Below are positions 11,020 through 26,375 of a DNA stretch of 64,000 bases, in pieces. The notes beneath the pieces are model-generated. The model did no database searches and was not told where the DNA came from. It saw only the letters and a program-made list of their open reading frames with translations. A program made the position numbers and the translations under genes. Numbering within the stretch: the stretch's first letter is position 1; each line of letters begins with the position of its first letter. Source of the DNA: Chiloscyllium plagiosum (Eukaryota); the NCBI RefSeq assembly GCF_004010195.1, contig NC_057751.1, forward strand, positions 15,731,677-15,795,676, written 5' to 3'.

Positions 11020-12185
11020 GAGAATTCCAAAGGAGTAGCCATGGGCACCCGCATGGCTATGCCTGCCTCTCCGTCGGATATGTGGAACAGTCCATCTTCC
11101 GCAGCTACACTGGCACCACCCCCCACCTTTCCCTCCGCTACATCGATGATTGTATTGGCGCTACCTCGTGCTCCCACGAGGAGGTTGAACAGTTAATCCA
11201 CTTTACTAACACCTTCTACCGACCTCAAATTAACCTGGACCATCTCAGACTCCTCCGTCCCCTTCCTAGACCTCTCCATTTCTATCTTGGGCGACCGACT
11301 CAACACATTTACTACAAACCGACCGACTCCCACAGCTACCTAGACTACACCTCCTCCCACCCTGCCCCCTGTAAAAACGCCATCCCATATTCCCAATTCC
11401 TTCGCCTCTGCCGCATCTGCTCCCAGGAGGACCAGTTCCAATACCGTACAACCCAGATGGCCTTCTTCTTCATAGACCACAATTTCCCCTCCAACGTGGT
11501 CGACGATGCTCTCCACTGCATCTCCTCTACTTCCCGCACCTCCGCCCTTGAATCCCGCCCCTCCAATCGCCACCAGGACAGAACCCCACTGGTCCTCACC
11601 TTCCACCCGACCAACCTCCGGATACATCGTCTCATCCTCCGTCATTTCCACCACCAGGGATATATTTCCCTCCCCTCCCCTGTCAGCATTCCAGAGAGAC
11701 CACTCCCTCCGCGACTCCCTCGTCAGGTCCACACCCTCCACCAACCCAACCTCCACTCCCGGCACCTTCCCCTGCAACTGCAAGTAATGCAAAACTTGCG
11801 CCCACACCTCCCCCCTCACTTTCCTTCAAGGCCCCAAGGGATCCTTCCATATCCATCGCAAGTTCACCTGCACCTCCACACACATCATTTACTGTATCTG
11901 CTGCACCCGATGTGGTCTCCTCTACATTGGGGAGACAGGCCGCCTACTTGCGGAATGTTCCTCTCTGCCCCCACCCCACTCCGGCCTATCACCCTCACCT
12001 TGACCTCCTTCCACCTATTGCATTTCCAATGTCCCTCCCCCAAGACCCTCCTCCCTACCTTTTATCTCAGCCCGCTTGGCACACCAGCCTCATTCCTGAA
12101 GAAAGGCTTATGCCCGAAACATCGAATCTCCTGCTCCTCAGATGCTGCCTGGCCTGCTGTGTTTTCCCAGCACCACACTTTTCAA
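11020..12185 (+). mobile_element. Penelope-like retroelement fragment (RT, GIY-YIG, 3' pLTR), frameshifted
   Basis: GVAMGT...YACLSVGYVE...RYIDD RT motifs; IYCICC..CGLLYIGETGR GIY-YIG; hammerhead-like core near the 3' end. Confidence 0.88.
12092..12127 (+). ncRNA. Minimal type-I hammerhead ribozyme relic in the Penelope pLTR
   Basis: ATTC-CTGAAGA-AAGGC-TTAT-GCCC-GAAAC-ATC-GAAT: CUGANGA and GAAA cores, helix I ATTC/GAAT, helix II GGC/GCC; palindromic ACGT changed to ACAT. Confidence 0.7.
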
Positions 12186-12849
12186 TTCCAAAGATTCACC
12201 ACCCTCAGAGCGACGAAATTCCCCCTCAGTCTTGAATAGGTGAATTCTCATCCTATGCTTAAGTGTATTATGACGTTCTAAGTGTCCCATCAGCAGGTCC
12301 CTGAGAAGACATTTTCCCTGTTACTGACCTGAGCCCAAGTGCCCTATAGTTATAGTTCTCGCTCCTGCATTTTTCTTGAATAAATCCATTCTCAAATTTA
12401 GGGCTTCTCAAAAATCTCTTTCATTCTAAGTGAGTGTTGCCAGTGAGGCCCGAAGTTTTTGGCAGTCTCTAATTGCCCTTGAACTGAGTGGCTCGTCCAA
12501 CCAAGTCAAAGGGCAATTAAATGCCAACCACGTTGCTCTGGGGAATGGAGTCACATGTCTGTGAGGCTGGATAAGGACAGCAGACTACAGGGACAGTAGT
12601 GAACCAGGTGAGGTGCTCAAAGCGTGTTTTGCAGAGGCTACCTAGCGACAGCAGTTTCTGGAAACGAAAGCCATACACAGTGCGTCCCAGAGGCTGCACA
12701 GTCAAGCAGCTGAAAGGGGGAGTTCCCAGCTACTATGGCAAGGTTTGAACCCGTGTCCCCAGAACATGAGCTGCGCTTCCAGATTATTCATGCCCCAGGC
12801 TGTTACTTGATATCCCCAGAAATTGTGGAAGATCAAACAGCAGAGTCTA

Positions 12850-13143
<294 letters not shown>

Positions 13144-14329
13144 CTAACGTTTCGAGTCTGGTATGACGCCTCTAAGTTTTATGACTGGGAGAATTTGCAC
13201 AGATTAAATCTCCAGCCGGCACTTGGACAGAATAGACAAAGAAATAAGATTGACAAACAATAACACAAGGCATTTATATCAAACATGCTTTTTGATACAC
13301 GTTTGTGCTCTCTGCCTGCACTCAGAGAAATGGAAACTCTAACTTGCAAATTGCTTCAACTCAGTATCCCAATGAACCAACCACAGTGATAAGTGGTGGT
13401 AAGTGCCCAAGTGTTGGTTAGGGAGAAAATCTGTAGCAATGATTAAAATAAGGAGAGCTAGTGGAATGAATTTACATTTGCTGGTGGGAAATGGAAAGAT
13501 GCAAGAAAACTGAACAAGTTCAAATGAGTGGGCAAGATGCAGAAAGTGAAAAATAATGTGGAGAAATGTGGAATTACATATTTTTTAATACAGTCGTGGA
13601 ATGGGGTTTCACTGGCTGGGCCCAGCAGTTATTGCCTGTCCCTAAGTGCCCCCTTGAGAAGATGGGGGTGAGCTGCCTTCTTGAAACACTGCAGTCCATG
13701 TGATATAGGGACCCCCACACAGTGTGGGTAGGGAAAAAGTTCAAGGATTTTGACCCAGTGACACTGGTGATATATTTCGAAGTCAGGATGATGTGTGACT
13801 TGGAGATGAACTTGCAAGTAGGGATAGTGTTCCCATGTATCTACTGTCCTTACCCTTCTATATGGTAGTTTTTTGTGGATTTGGAAGGTTGTGGATTTCA
13901 AGAGAACCTGGGTGAGTTGCTGCAGTGCATCTTGTAGATGGTACACACTGCTGCCACTCAGTGTTGGTACGGAGGGAGTGAATGTTTGTCAATGTTGTGC
14001 CAAACAAGATGGCTGCTTTGTCCTGGATGGTGCCCAGTCTCTTGAGTGTTGTTGGAGCTGCACCCATCAGGCAAGTGGGGACTTGACCATCATACTCTTG
14101 CGGATGGTATGCAGACTTTGAAGAGTAAGAAGGTGAGTTACCTGCAGCCTCTGACCTGCTTTTTAGCTACAATATGTATATAACTGGTTCAGTTCAGCCT
14201 CTGGTCAATCTCTGGAATCACAGGTGGTAAAAGGTCTTACTGCAATTGTATGAGTGGAAATGGTTTGAATCATTGGGATTCCATACAATGAAGTGAATTA
14301 GGAAGGGGATGGATCCATTATTTCCTTCT

Positions 14330-14600
14330 AATTGTACACAATGAGAGTGGAAGGTTTGATCGACAGGGATGGTATACAAGAGTGGGGATTCATTCATGAG
14401 ATTTGTATACAACGGGAGTAAAGAATGGGGTTTGATGTATGGGCACAGTATACAATGGGAGTAAAGGGATAGGGTTTGATGCACTGGAATTGTATACAAT
14501 GGGAGTAAAGGGATAGGGTTTGATGCACTGGAATTGTATACAATGGGAGTAAAGAGATAAGATTTGATACATTGGGATTGTATACAATAGGAGTGAATGA
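14330..14600 (+). repeat. 44-bp degenerate tandem repeat (about 6 units)
   Basis: Unit gggagtaaagggatagggtttgatgcactggaattgtatacaat. Confidence 0.85.
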
Positions 14601-14716
14601 GAAACGACATATTTCATTTTGATTGTAGACAATGAGCTTCAAAGGGATGTCAGGTATACAGTTACATGATCCCTCCATTGCTGGAATAAACCATTCCCAC
14701 CTTTCAGTATAACTCA

Positions 14717-14959
<243 letters not shown>

Positions 14960-16275
14960 TTATTTTGCTTAACTGTGTCGAGGTGGTGGTTGCAGAGGGT
15001 GGAAGCCTCTAGTCGTGATGGTAAATCAGCTTTTATTGCCAGAGGGTACAAGAGCAAAGAATTCTTACATGGGCATTGGTGATACCACATCTACATTATA
15101 GGGAACAGTACTGATCTACCTTAGGGGAAGCACAATAATCATGGGATTGATGCCGGGCATAATAAGGGTATCCTATGAAAAAGGATTCATTGGGCTAGGC
15201 CTACACTCGCTGGAGTGTGGACAAATGAGACAAATCAGTTGAAATATATGAAATTCTGAGAGGACTTGACAGCAAAAAGCTGACAGACTGAGCAGTCAGT
15301 CCATGGGTTTGGAAGTGGGGGGGGTGGGGTGGTCAGACACTTACTCTGACAAGGAGAAATGTCTCCCTTCAGAAACTCAGAGACTTTTGAATCCCCTACT
15401 CCAGAGACTTGAACGAGATCAACAGATTTTCGGGAAGGGAATCAAGGGATCGGGCTGGAAGGAAACTTGGTGGCAGAAGATGAACAAAGGTCTTACTGAA
15501 TGGCAGGACATGTTCAAGGACCGTGGCAAAACATCGCTCGACACCTATATTCCAAAATAACTCGGGGGAGGTGGGGAAACTGAAGTGCAAAAGTAGTGTT
15601 GGGGAAAAAAAACAAAAGTGCTGGGAGGATCGCCAGCAGGTTGGAGTGCAGCTGAGCAGAGTGAAGCAGGGTTGTTCTTCAGTGTGTGTGTGTGCATGAG
15701 TGTGAGAGTGTGTGTGTGTCTGTGTGTGTGTGTGTGTGTGTCTGTGTGTCAGTCTGTCTGATCCATTGCCAAGTCCATCAGCAACGGGCTCACTGGCCAT
15801 TCTGCACCAGAGCACACAAAAAGCATTGAGGTGAATGGTCAATGAGCCTGTTCCTTGCAGTGCTGTAGGGAGAAACATCAGCCAGGAGAGCTCTCTGCTC
15901 AGCAGTTTAATCTCTGATTCAATGAATATTCACAGTGTTTTGCCTTCTCAATATTGCGCTGAACTGTCAAGTCCAGCTGATATAATTGCCGATAAAAAGA
16001 GATGTGCTGCCAAGGCTTTACCATTTTGCATTCATCAGGACACCACTGCAAGAATAGCAAATCTCAAAGAGAACCACAATTTCCTGTATGAGAAAAGGAA
16101 TGTTGATTGGTGGGAAAGCACCCTTCCTCGTGCTCCTTTGGAAATTTGGCATTCTTGCATTAGTCCTGAAAAGTGCAGGATGAAAAGCGTTGATAACATG
16201 CCTCTTTTACTTCAGGAATACTCAAGTTCTGTACGACTGGCGAGGGAATTACACAAGGATCTATGATTTACTTAC

Positions 16276-16371
16276 CCTTTAATATATATATCACTCATCC
16301 TTTCGCCCATTATATTGGTTTCCTGCAGAACTACGTCGCTCGTGTTCCAGACTATACAGCGCAGAACATAC
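16276..16371 (-). CDS. FER1L5: Ferlin exon (last C2): [31 protein letters not shown](G)
   Basis: ttcttcag acceptor, gtaag donor, 96 nt; MSDIYxKG motif. Confidence 0.94.
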
Positions 16372-17473
16372 CTGAAGAATCCAGAACAAAATTCAGAAAT
16401 CAAGGCAGAGCTGTAAACAGTCCCTGACTCAAGCCTTGCCCCTTTACCAGGCAGGTTAAACAAAAGTTGCTATAGGGCCCACCCTCATTACAGAAAGGTT
16501 AAGGGTCACCACACCTTGGGTGAGGGTGAAATTTGAGAAGGCAGGAAGGAACGTTCATGGTGTGGGAATTGAACCAGAGCCCTGCATTCCAAACCAGCTG
16601 TCCAGACAATCAAGCTAGCCAATGGCCACCAGATAGGGTTAGTCAAGTACAGGATTTTCAGTGATCAAGTCTCCCATTGGCCTCATTGCGGCAACTCTGC
16701 TCTCCAGGAGCTGTACAGTGGAGCTGTCTCGTGTTTAACTCGATCGTAGAATGAGGAGACCACTGGCTGGGCCAGCACTTATTGTCCTTCCCTCATTACA
16801 CTGGAGACTGTGATGGTATGCTGCCATTTTGAACCGCTGGAGTCAGAGGTATAATTATGACCCTCATCAGCGAAAGCAGAAAGAGAATTTCTACACTGTA
16901 AATCATTGACCCTTGACTTCGGCAATGCTTGGGATGAACCTTGTCCCAAGATGTGCGCCTTCATGGCTGAAAGGGTGAAAATTGATGAAACAATTAAAAG
17001 CCTTGCCTTTCATGGTGGTGCAGATGTCCCATGATATTAGACAACCAATGAATCATTATGACACTGCAGGCAATTCAATGAGGAAGACTGGATGATCAGG
17101 TTTGCTTGTGATTATCGATAAAGGATATGCACTGGGGATGGCTCTCCAGTTCCTACAAATAGTGAGATTTGTTTTACAGCCACTTGAGTGGGCATGGGGG
17201 CCTCAGTTAATATCTCGTCCAAAAAGATGACACCGTTGACCAAGTGGCATCCTGCACCAGAATGTTCGTCCAATTGTGATGCTCACATTCTTAAACCTTA
17301 AACCTATAACCTCCTGACTCTGAGCAGAGTGCTGATCCAAGAGGTGATAAGAAAACATCAGAAAATTAAAGCCATGGATGTACAGACTTTTGACCTCCAG
17401 TGTGTAGATGGCCAGCATTAGCAGTCACATGCAAACTCTCTCAGTCGTTATTACCAGCAATTAAGTTCACTCA

Positions 17474-17581
<108 letters not shown>

Positions 17582-18179
17582 TTAGTATAACCAATGTTTT
17601 AAAAGAAAGAGAGACGTGTAGCGATTGTCTTTTCGTCTCGCAATCATCAGGCCAGATGCAAGAATGCTCCATTTTAAAAGGGAGCAACAGTGTGCACTAT
17701 ACAAGAAAACAGTCAATTACTGCTTCACAAGTTGACTCCAATAGCTCAAGGCTTTGGCACAGAGAATGCACCAAGGCTCTACTATCCCCCAGTCTTTTGT
17801 TTAATTCCAATTCCTGGTCTTGTTCCTTTACCCCATTTAAATAATATTATGTTCTTTCCTTCTCCCTTCCAAAATGACAGTGAATATACATAGCTTCTAA
17901 TGAGTGTAAATACTTGCAAGCTGAACTGATAATCTTCAAATGACAGTGTAATTCTTAGCATTCCCCCGATTGTTCAACAAACTGATGTCAATTTACAGAA
18001 TCATTCTAAAGTTATACATTACATTCTGTGGTTTAAAAGCACATGCCAGTTGGGTCTGGACGGTACTCTGCTCACAGTCAAAGGGACACACCACTTCATA
18101 AGAGTCCCTCAGTGCTAGGATGGACCTCTTCAGGATCTGACATCACAACGGCACTGAAATTTGTACTTTCCTCATTTAC

Positions 18180-21100
18180 ATGATAGGCCATAAATCAAAG
18201 GAAACGGTGGGAGGGTCGGCCATTCCATTCAGCCCCTTGAGCCTGTCCCACCATTCAGCAGGATCACAACTGATCCGATGTTCCCCATCACCCTTGATTC
18301 CCATACCGATCAAAAATCTATCAATCTTAGCCTTAAATATAAACAAGGGCTCTGTCTCCACAGTTTTCTGTGGCAAAGACTCCCAACCCTCTGACAGAAG
18401 AAATTTCACCTCATCACAGTCTTCAGTTGGTGCCCCTTTATTCGGACAGTGTGCCCTCCGGTCCGAGACTCTCCTGTGAGGGGAAACATCCTCTCAGCAT
18501 TTGTCCCCAAACACTGCTTTGAATTTAAATCAGTAGAGTCCCAAACTGTTTAGCCTTGGCTCATGAGAACAATCCCTCATATCAGGGATCATCTCAGTGA
18601 ACCTTCTCTGAACTGCCTCCAATGAAATAATATCCTCCTTTAAACGAGAGGACCAAACCTGCTCACAGTGCTCCGGATGTGGTCTCACCAGCACCTTGCC
18701 CGGTTGCAATAAGATTTCCCTATTCTCATACTCCAACCTTCTTCAATTAAGGGCCAACTTTCCAACAGCCCTTCCTGATTACCTGCTGTACCTGTGTGCC
18801 AGCTTTCTGTGTTTCGTGCACAAGTCCTCACAAATCCCTGTGCCTTACAGCTTTCTGCAGTCTTTGTCCATTTAAATAATACCCTGTTCTTTTGTTCTCC
18901 CTTCTGAAATGATCAACTTCACATTTTCCCACACTGTACTCCATTTGCTAACTTTTGGCCCATCACGTAACCTATCAACATCTCTCTGTCAACTGTTGGT
19001 ATCCCTCTTGCAACTAACATATATTAAGACACCGTCTGGACAATGGCGTGTCGCGGCGAACAACTGAGCTGAGCTGCAGATAGCTGTGTTGCACAGTCAA
19101 CACACACGTGCACAGATAAAGAGTCTGGGATCTCACATGGAGAACTGCCACACTCAGGCTGTGAAGATAATACGAGATTAGGGTGACCATCTAATTCATC
19201 TGGTACCCTCCACCCCCACTCCCGAACATTAGCTTATGAGGAAAGGTCAAGTGGTTTCAGCGGATGTTCACTGGAGCTTTGAAGAATGGGTGGTGATCTT
19301 ATTGAAAGATAAGATTCTGAGGGGGATCTAACAGGGTGTTTGCTCAGAGGAGGTTTCCCTCTGTGGGAGAGTCTGGAGTGAAGGGACACAGTTTATAAAT
19401 TAGAGGCTATGAAGATCAGGAGGATTTCTTTCTCTCAGAGGGTCATGAGTCTGTGGAATTCTCTTCCCTGGAGAGCAGTGGAGGCTGGGTCATTGAATAT
19501 ATTCAAGATGTGGAGGTATTGGTGTTGGAATGGAGTGGACGAAGTTAAAAATCACACAACACCAGGTTATAGTCCTACAGGTTTATTTGGAAGTACAAGC
19601 TTTCGGAGTGCTTGCTACCTAACAAAGGAGCAGCGCTCTGAAAGCTTGTATTTCCAAATAAACCTGCTGGGCCTATAACCTGGTGTCGAATATATTCAAG
19701 GCTAACTTAGACAGATTTTTGACTGACAGGAGTCCAGGGTTCTGAGGCACAGTCAGGAAACTGCAGTTCAGGTCATACCAGAAACACCATGGCTGTACTG
19801 AACGCTGCAACAAATCCAATGGGCCGAATGGTCTATTGCTCCCCATACTTGTGTTCTTCTTGCGTTGTGTGTTGCAGTGCTTGACAAACCATGCAGGCAC
19901 ATCCAGGAAGAGTCAACATCTTCAGAAGAGGTGGTGCTGGTCTGGGGGAAAATACAGTGGCTGACTTTAACACCAGCTTCAGCCATGTGGAGGGGAAGGA
20001 ATGGTGACAAGCTCAATAGTTGTGAATGTGAGGAACCGGTGGACAGCCCTGACTGCTGGAGGATTCACAAAGTTTCACGCCACAGGTCAAGATCCAAGGG
20101 AATGAGCAACGGTGAAAGATTGCTTTTTGGGGACACAATTCATGGTGTACATTGAATTAAGCTAAGCACTCGACCTGATGATAAGCACAAACATAGACCG
20201 ATTCAACCCAAGAAACCAGTTTTGACTTTACTTACAATTTCCAACAGTCGACAGGACACGTAACCAAACTAGCCCTTGCTGGCATTTCTACTCCATATAG
20301 ATCTTCTCCAAGTTTTCTGTTTCTTTCGCCTTCATGTAATCATCCAACTCCCCTTACAATGCATCTCTGCTATTTACCTTAGCTACACTGTGTGAGAGAG
20401 AGTTCCACATTCTCACTAATCTCTTGGAGTTCAGGTTCATAGTTCTTTGAAAGTGCAGTCACAGGTAGACAGGGCTGTGAAGGAGGCTTTTGGCACACTA
20501 GCCTTCATCAGTCAGGGCACCGTGTATAGAAGTTGGGAAGTTATGTTGCAGTTATACAGGATATTGGTGAGGCCGCACTTGGAGGATTGTGTTCAGTGTT
20601 AGATTAGATTAGATTATTTACAGTGTGGAAACAGGCCCTTCAACCCAACAAGTCCACACCGACCCGCAACCCACGCATTCCCCTAACACTACGGGCAATT
20701 TAGCATGGCCAATTCACCTGACCTGCACATCTTTGGACTGTGGGAGGAAACCGGAGCACCCGGAGGAAACCCACGCAGACACGGGGAGAATGTGCAAACT
20801 CCACACAGTCGCCTGAGTCGGGAATTGAACCCGGGTCTCTGGCGCTGTGAGGCAGCAGTGCTACAGGAAGGATGTTATTAAACTGTTAAGAGTGCAGAAG
20901 AAATTTACAAGCATGTTCCCTGGACTCAAGGGTCTGAGTTATAGGGAGAGGTTGGAGCAGCTAGGACTCTTTTGTTTACAGCATAGGAGACTGAGGGGGG
21001 GGTGGATCTTAAAAAGGTGTCTAAGAGCATGAGAGGCATGGATAGGGTGAGTGCACTCACTCTTTTTCCCAGTGTTGGAAAATCGAGGACTAAAGGGCAT

Positions 21101-21370
21101 CGGTTTAAGGTTAGAGGGGAAAGAATAAAAGTGAAACTCAGGGGCAACGTTTTTACACAAAGGGTGGTACGCATATGGAACGAGCTGCCAGCGGAAGTGG
21201 TTTATTTACATTAACATTTAAAAGGCATTTGGACAAATACACGGATAGGAAAGGTTTAGAAGGATATGGCCAAGTGCAGGGAAATGGGGTTAGCATGGAC
21301 GGGTGTCTTGGTCGGCATGGACCAGATTAGGCTGAAGGACCTGTCTCCGCGCTGTATGACTCTATGATTC
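18180..21370. mobile_element. CR1-type fragments (18180-19010 minus; 19230-19860 plus; 20425-21370 plus with a nested SINE at about 20598-20862)
   Basis: LEAVQRRFT, FSQRVMSLWN, FTQRVVRIWNELP motifs. Confidence 0.8.
19508..19687. mobile_element. Palindromic Penelope-derived short element with a 13-bp flanking direct repeat, inside a CR1 remnant
   Basis: Inverted arms acaccaggttatagtcc.../...ggcctataacctggtgt; gaatatattcaag at 19495-19507 and 19688-19700. Confidence 0.75.
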
Positions 21371-21545
21371 TCAATAAGGTTCTGCTGAATTCTCGAGTAG
21401 ATTTGGAATTGTAATTCAGAATTGGAAGACAATCTCCACGTTCGCCCTGCATAATTTTTAGGATTGTGACAGCTCAGCCTTCTCTCTTCTCCAACAAAGA
21501 ATTACAGCCTATGCAGTTCTTACAGTCTCTCAGCTCTGCTATAAT

Positions 21546-21865
21546 CTGGATGTTGGTTTGCTCGCTGAGCTGGAAGGTTCATTTCCAGGTGTTTCATCAC
21601 CCTACAACTCTTTGGGTTGGTGATGTCATTGCCTAAAATGATGTCATTTCCCATGGTGAAGTCATTTCCTGTTCTTTTTCTCAGGGGGTTGTAGACGGAG
21701 TCTAACTCGATGTGTTTGTTGATAGAGAAACCCAAACATATAAACAGAAAGCAGGAATCATTAGCAGTGCTTCGCCCAGAGGCCCACTGAAGATGTTACC
21801 TCGTAGGGTGATGAAACATCTCAAAAATGAACCTTCCAGCTCAGTGAGCAAACCTACATCCAGAA
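21546..21865 (+). mobile_element. Non-autonomous Penelope-like element with inverted terminal repeats and a hammerhead relic (21787-21820)
   Basis: About 60-bp inverted arms at 21546-21605 and 21802-21863; CTGAAGA-tgttacc..ggtgat-GAAAC-ATC; minus-strand SINKHIELDSVY resembles the PLE C-terminus. Confidence 0.75.
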
Positions 21866-21870
21866 CCTCA

Positions 21871-22326
<456 letters not shown>

Positions 22327-23289
22327 TTAGGAAGGAGACACAGTGGAAAAATACCGTCTGAAACAGTTTGTGTGTATGCAGTGTATCCACTCTCATAAAA
22401 CATCCCAATCTGCTGCACTATACTTGACAACCAGTCATACTGAGGAGGTACAGGGGCAGGCAGGCTGGAGTTTCGAGTTGCAGGCAAAGAGACAGTGAGC
22501 TTTAGGAAGGCAGCCTCAAGCCTAGGAGGGTGAATTTCCAAGTGGCTCTCGATGTCCTACCACTGCTGATTGTGCCCAGCAAGCAAGGAAAATCTTGCCA
22601 CCTGGATCTGTTGAGGTAGACCACTGCCTGGAAGCAGAGGTGGTCTCGTGGCACAGTGGGTAGCGTCCCTAGCTCTGAGCCAGACGCTCCCAGGTTTGTG
22701 TCCTGCCCCAGGTTGAGGTTGAATCTCAATCTGTGGGCCCTTCCAATGCACACTAACAGTTGTGCCATCGCTGGACATGGCTTTCCGCTACAACGTACAT
22801 GTAAAATGTGGAGGCTGCACAGCAACCCTTAGTGAAATGGAAGACACATACCATCCCTGTTTGAAACACACTCCCAGAGAAAATGATCCTGTCCCCGAAC
22901 AATTTTCCCCTCTGTCCAAGGAGAAATCTGTCGCTCAGCAAACCTTTTTAAGAAAAAAGTAAGTCAAACAAAAACTCAAAGAACTGTTGATGCTGTAAAT
23001 CAAGAGACAAAAAAATAGACATGTCTGGAAATGCTCAGCAGGTCTGGCAGCATCTGTGGAGAGAAGTTAACTGAGTTCTGAGGAAGGATCACTTGACCTG
23101 AAACACCAAGTCAAATAAGAATTTGACCCATCACTTTGGCACCGATCAACAAAGATCTGAGTACACTTATCAACTCTTCCTTCTTAGCCCTGAAGGCTAT
23201 GGCAATGTAGGTGGATATTTAAACACCGGTTCAATATTGCAAGAGTTTCTGACTTAACCACCTTTTCCTGAAGTGTGTTCCAGACATCT

Positions 23290-24375
23290 GCTACGCTCTG
23301 GGTGAAAATTCCTCTCCAACCCTCCTCTTAAGCCTACCATCTCCTACCTTAAAGCTATGCCCCTCCTTACTGCTCCTTCTACTATTGGAAGAAATGTCAT
23401 CTATGTCTCTCAGAACCTTATACACCTCGATCAGGTCCCCTCTCAACCACCGCAGATCAAAGGAAAAATACCCCAGTCTATCCAAACTTCCCTCATGGCC
23501 AGAGCCACCAGCCCAGTCAGCATCCAGGTAAATCTCCTTTGCACCCTCTCTGGTGCAATTACTCCGATAATGTGGTGACCAGAACTGCATGCACTACTCC
23601 AATTGTGGCTGAACCAACATTCTTTGATTTCATTTATTATTGTCCCATAGAGTCACAGAGTCACAAAATATGCAAACAGACCCTTTAATCCAACCCGTCC
23701 ATGCTGACCAGATATTCTAATCTAGTCCCACCTGCCAGCACCTGGCCCATATCCCTCCAAACCCTGCCTATTCACAGACCCATACAGATGCCTTTTAAAT
23801 GCGTATTTGTACCAGCCTCCACCACTTCCTCTGGCAGCTCATTCCATACACGCACCACCCTCTGTGTAAAAAAGTTGCCCCTTAGGTCTCTTTTATATCT
23901 TTCCCCTCTCACCCTAAACCTATGCCCTCTAGTTCTGGACTCTCCCACCGCAGGGAAAATTCCTTGTCAATTCACTCTATCCACGCCCCCTCATGATTTT
24001 ATAAACCTTGGTAAGGTCACCCCTCAGCCTCTGATGCTCCAGGGAAAATAGCCCCAGCCTATTCAGCCTCTCCCTGTTGCTCAACCCACCAACCTTGGCA
24101 ACATCCTTGTAAATCTTTTCTGAACCCTCTCAAGTTTCACAACATCCTTCCGATAGCAGGGAGACCAGAACTGAACACGGTATTCTAAATATGGCCTAAC
24201 CAATATCCTGTATAGCTGCAACATGAGCTCCCAACCTCTAGACTCAATGCACTGACTAATAAAGGCAAGCATATCAAATTCCTTCTTCACTATCCTATCT
24301 ACCTGTGACCCTACTTTCAAGGAGCTATGAACCTGCACTCCTTTTGTTCAGCAACACTCCCTAAGGCCCTACCAT
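23290..24375 (-). mobile_element. Two CR1-type LINE 3' fragments
   Basis: LRGDLIEVYK and LEYRVQFWSPCYRKDVVKLERVQKRF. Confidence 0.85.
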
Positions 24376-24479
24376 GATAACCTGATTTGTACCTTGGTAC
24401 AGTGGAAAAACTCTGTGTTGCGTGCAGTACAGACAGATCATACAAAACAAAGAATGATCGAACGGAGCGGGGAAAACAA

Positions 24480-24800
24480 AGTTACCACTGCGAATTAGAT
24501 GCACGAAAAGCATGATCAACATTATATTTGAAATTTGAGAACTCTATGATACATGTGTTTACGCGTTTGTATCTTCTGTTCGACAGAAGAGGGCGGAAGA
24601 GAGTATAACGGGTGGGAGGGGTCTTCGACCATGTTGGCTGCCTTTCTGAAGCAGCAAGAAGGGTAGATGGAGTCCGTGGATGGAAAGTGATGGACTGGGC
24701 TATGTTCACAACTCTCTGTAGTTTCTTACAGTCCTGGGCAGAGCTATTGCAGTACCAAGCTGGGATTGCATCTGGATAGGAAGCTTTCTACGGTATAATT
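24480..24800 (-). mobile_element. Rex1/Babar-like LINE 3' remnant
   Basis: LFRPLLSNRRYKRVNT resembles the Rex1-type C-terminal LLPSGRRYRS motif (from recall). Confidence 0.45.
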
Positions 24801-25423
24801 CACGTCCAGCTAACCAACTTGTTGGATGCCACTTTGGAGCAGGATCTTCAGTTGTCGGCACGTCACTTCCGGAGGCTTGTGAAGACTGGCGAGTGAGCAG
24901 TGTCTCACTTTAACAGTACCTGGGACTTATGGCTTTCTGTAATGCACGGAGATAAGAGAAATTGGGATTGTTCGCCTGAGAGAAATTAAGGGCAGGAGGG
25001 ATTCAATAATCAGAACCACGAATGAGAGAGTAAGTAAGGAGAAACGGTTTCTCATGACAGGAGAGTAAGTAACGAGAGAACTCAGACTGGAGTTAACTGA
25101 AAGGAATCACAGAAGATAGGAGGAGAATTTCTTTTGAAAATGCAGCGGGAATGTGCTGCTTGAAAGGGCGGTGGAAGCAGACTCTTTCAGACTGGAACAG
25201 GGCAAAGAGGGAAGAGTGAGATTGTTAGGCAAAACAAACGACTCTTTCAAGGTAACTGCAAGAGCACAATGGGCTGAATGAGCTCCCTCTGTGATGTCAC
25301 ATCCTGTCGGTCGAGATAAACCAGGAAGCCAGGAATCCACTCAACTCTGCGGTTACATGGTGTCAAAAGCCTTCAGCTAACAACAATACCCTGCTGTTTC
25401 CCCGTCCAGCCCACACTCCTTAC

Positions 25424-25572
25424 CAAAGTCATCCAGAGAAAACTCCTTCTCGCCGATGGTTATCTTTTGCCCGTTGTTTCGAATGACAGGCAGGGCATAG
25501 TTCTTCATGGTGCTCAGGTTTTTCAGCAGCTCTATCGGGGTTAGCTGATCACGCCATTGTGTCGAGCCTGAT
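25424..25572 (-). CDS. FER1L5: Ferlin exon: SGSTQWRDQLTPIELLKNLSTMKNYALPVIRNNGQKITIGEKEFSLDDF
   Basis: cccaccccag acceptor, gtaag donor, 149 nt, phase 2->1; WRDQL motif. Confidence 0.92.
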
Positions 25573-25855
25573 CTGGGGTGGGCAAGAAGACAGCACTGTC
25601 AAGTACAACCCCTTTCCTTCTCCTGATTCCTTTTCGTGTACTTTACATTCCTTCCCTCTCCCCAGGCTGCAGACAGTGACGTCAGACATCTCGGCTGCCT
25701 GGCGAATGTCATACAAGGGACTGAGATGAAGCCACCGAGAACCACCTCCAGGGGACTGCTTACCTTCCTTCCCCCCTCTGCCTAGGCCGTCGCCCTGTCG
25801 GAATGACAGTGCTGCCCTCCCTCAGGACTAGCCCTCCAATACCACTCCTCCAACA

Positions 25856-26024
25856 TGATTTGGAGATGCCGGTGTTGGACTGGGGTGTACAAAGTCAAAA
25901 AATCACACACCACCAGGTTAGAGTCCAACAGGTTTAATTGGTGAAGGAGCAGCACTCCGAAAGCTAGTGCTTCCAATGAAACCATTTGGACTCCAACCTG
26001 GTGGTGTGTGATTTTTAACTTTGT
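25856..26024. mobile_element. Palindromic Penelope-derived short element of the same family, 12-bp flanking direct repeat
   Basis: Inverted arms tacaaagt..aaaatcacac..ccagg; actcctccaaca at 25844-25855 and 26025-26036. Confidence 0.7.
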
Positions 26025-26375
26025 ACTCCTCCAACAGTGCAGCACTCCCTCCAGATGTCCCTTTCTGAGTGGAGCACACAGTTGTCCAGAAATGCTTCCA
26101 CAGCACCTTTTTTAAGAGCTGGGAGATGTTCCCACGATCCTGGGACAGCTTTTATTCCTCAGTCAACACCACAGGAAGAAACTATCCGGACAGTGTCACA
26201 TTGCTGTCTATCAGAGCTCACTGTGAGCAAATTGGGTGCCACACTTCCGACACAGCTAGTGATGAACGTTGCCAGTGGTTCATTGGCTGGGAAGAGAGTT
26301 TTCAGACATTTACTGGGCCCTGAAAAGTGCCGAGTAAATATAAGCCTTTCTTTTTTATATAAAGTACCAGCTTAC

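Noticed and set aside
10983..12239. 418-aa ORF as a host gene
   Set aside because: Chimeric frame running through a frameshifted Penelope RT/GIY-YIG remnant
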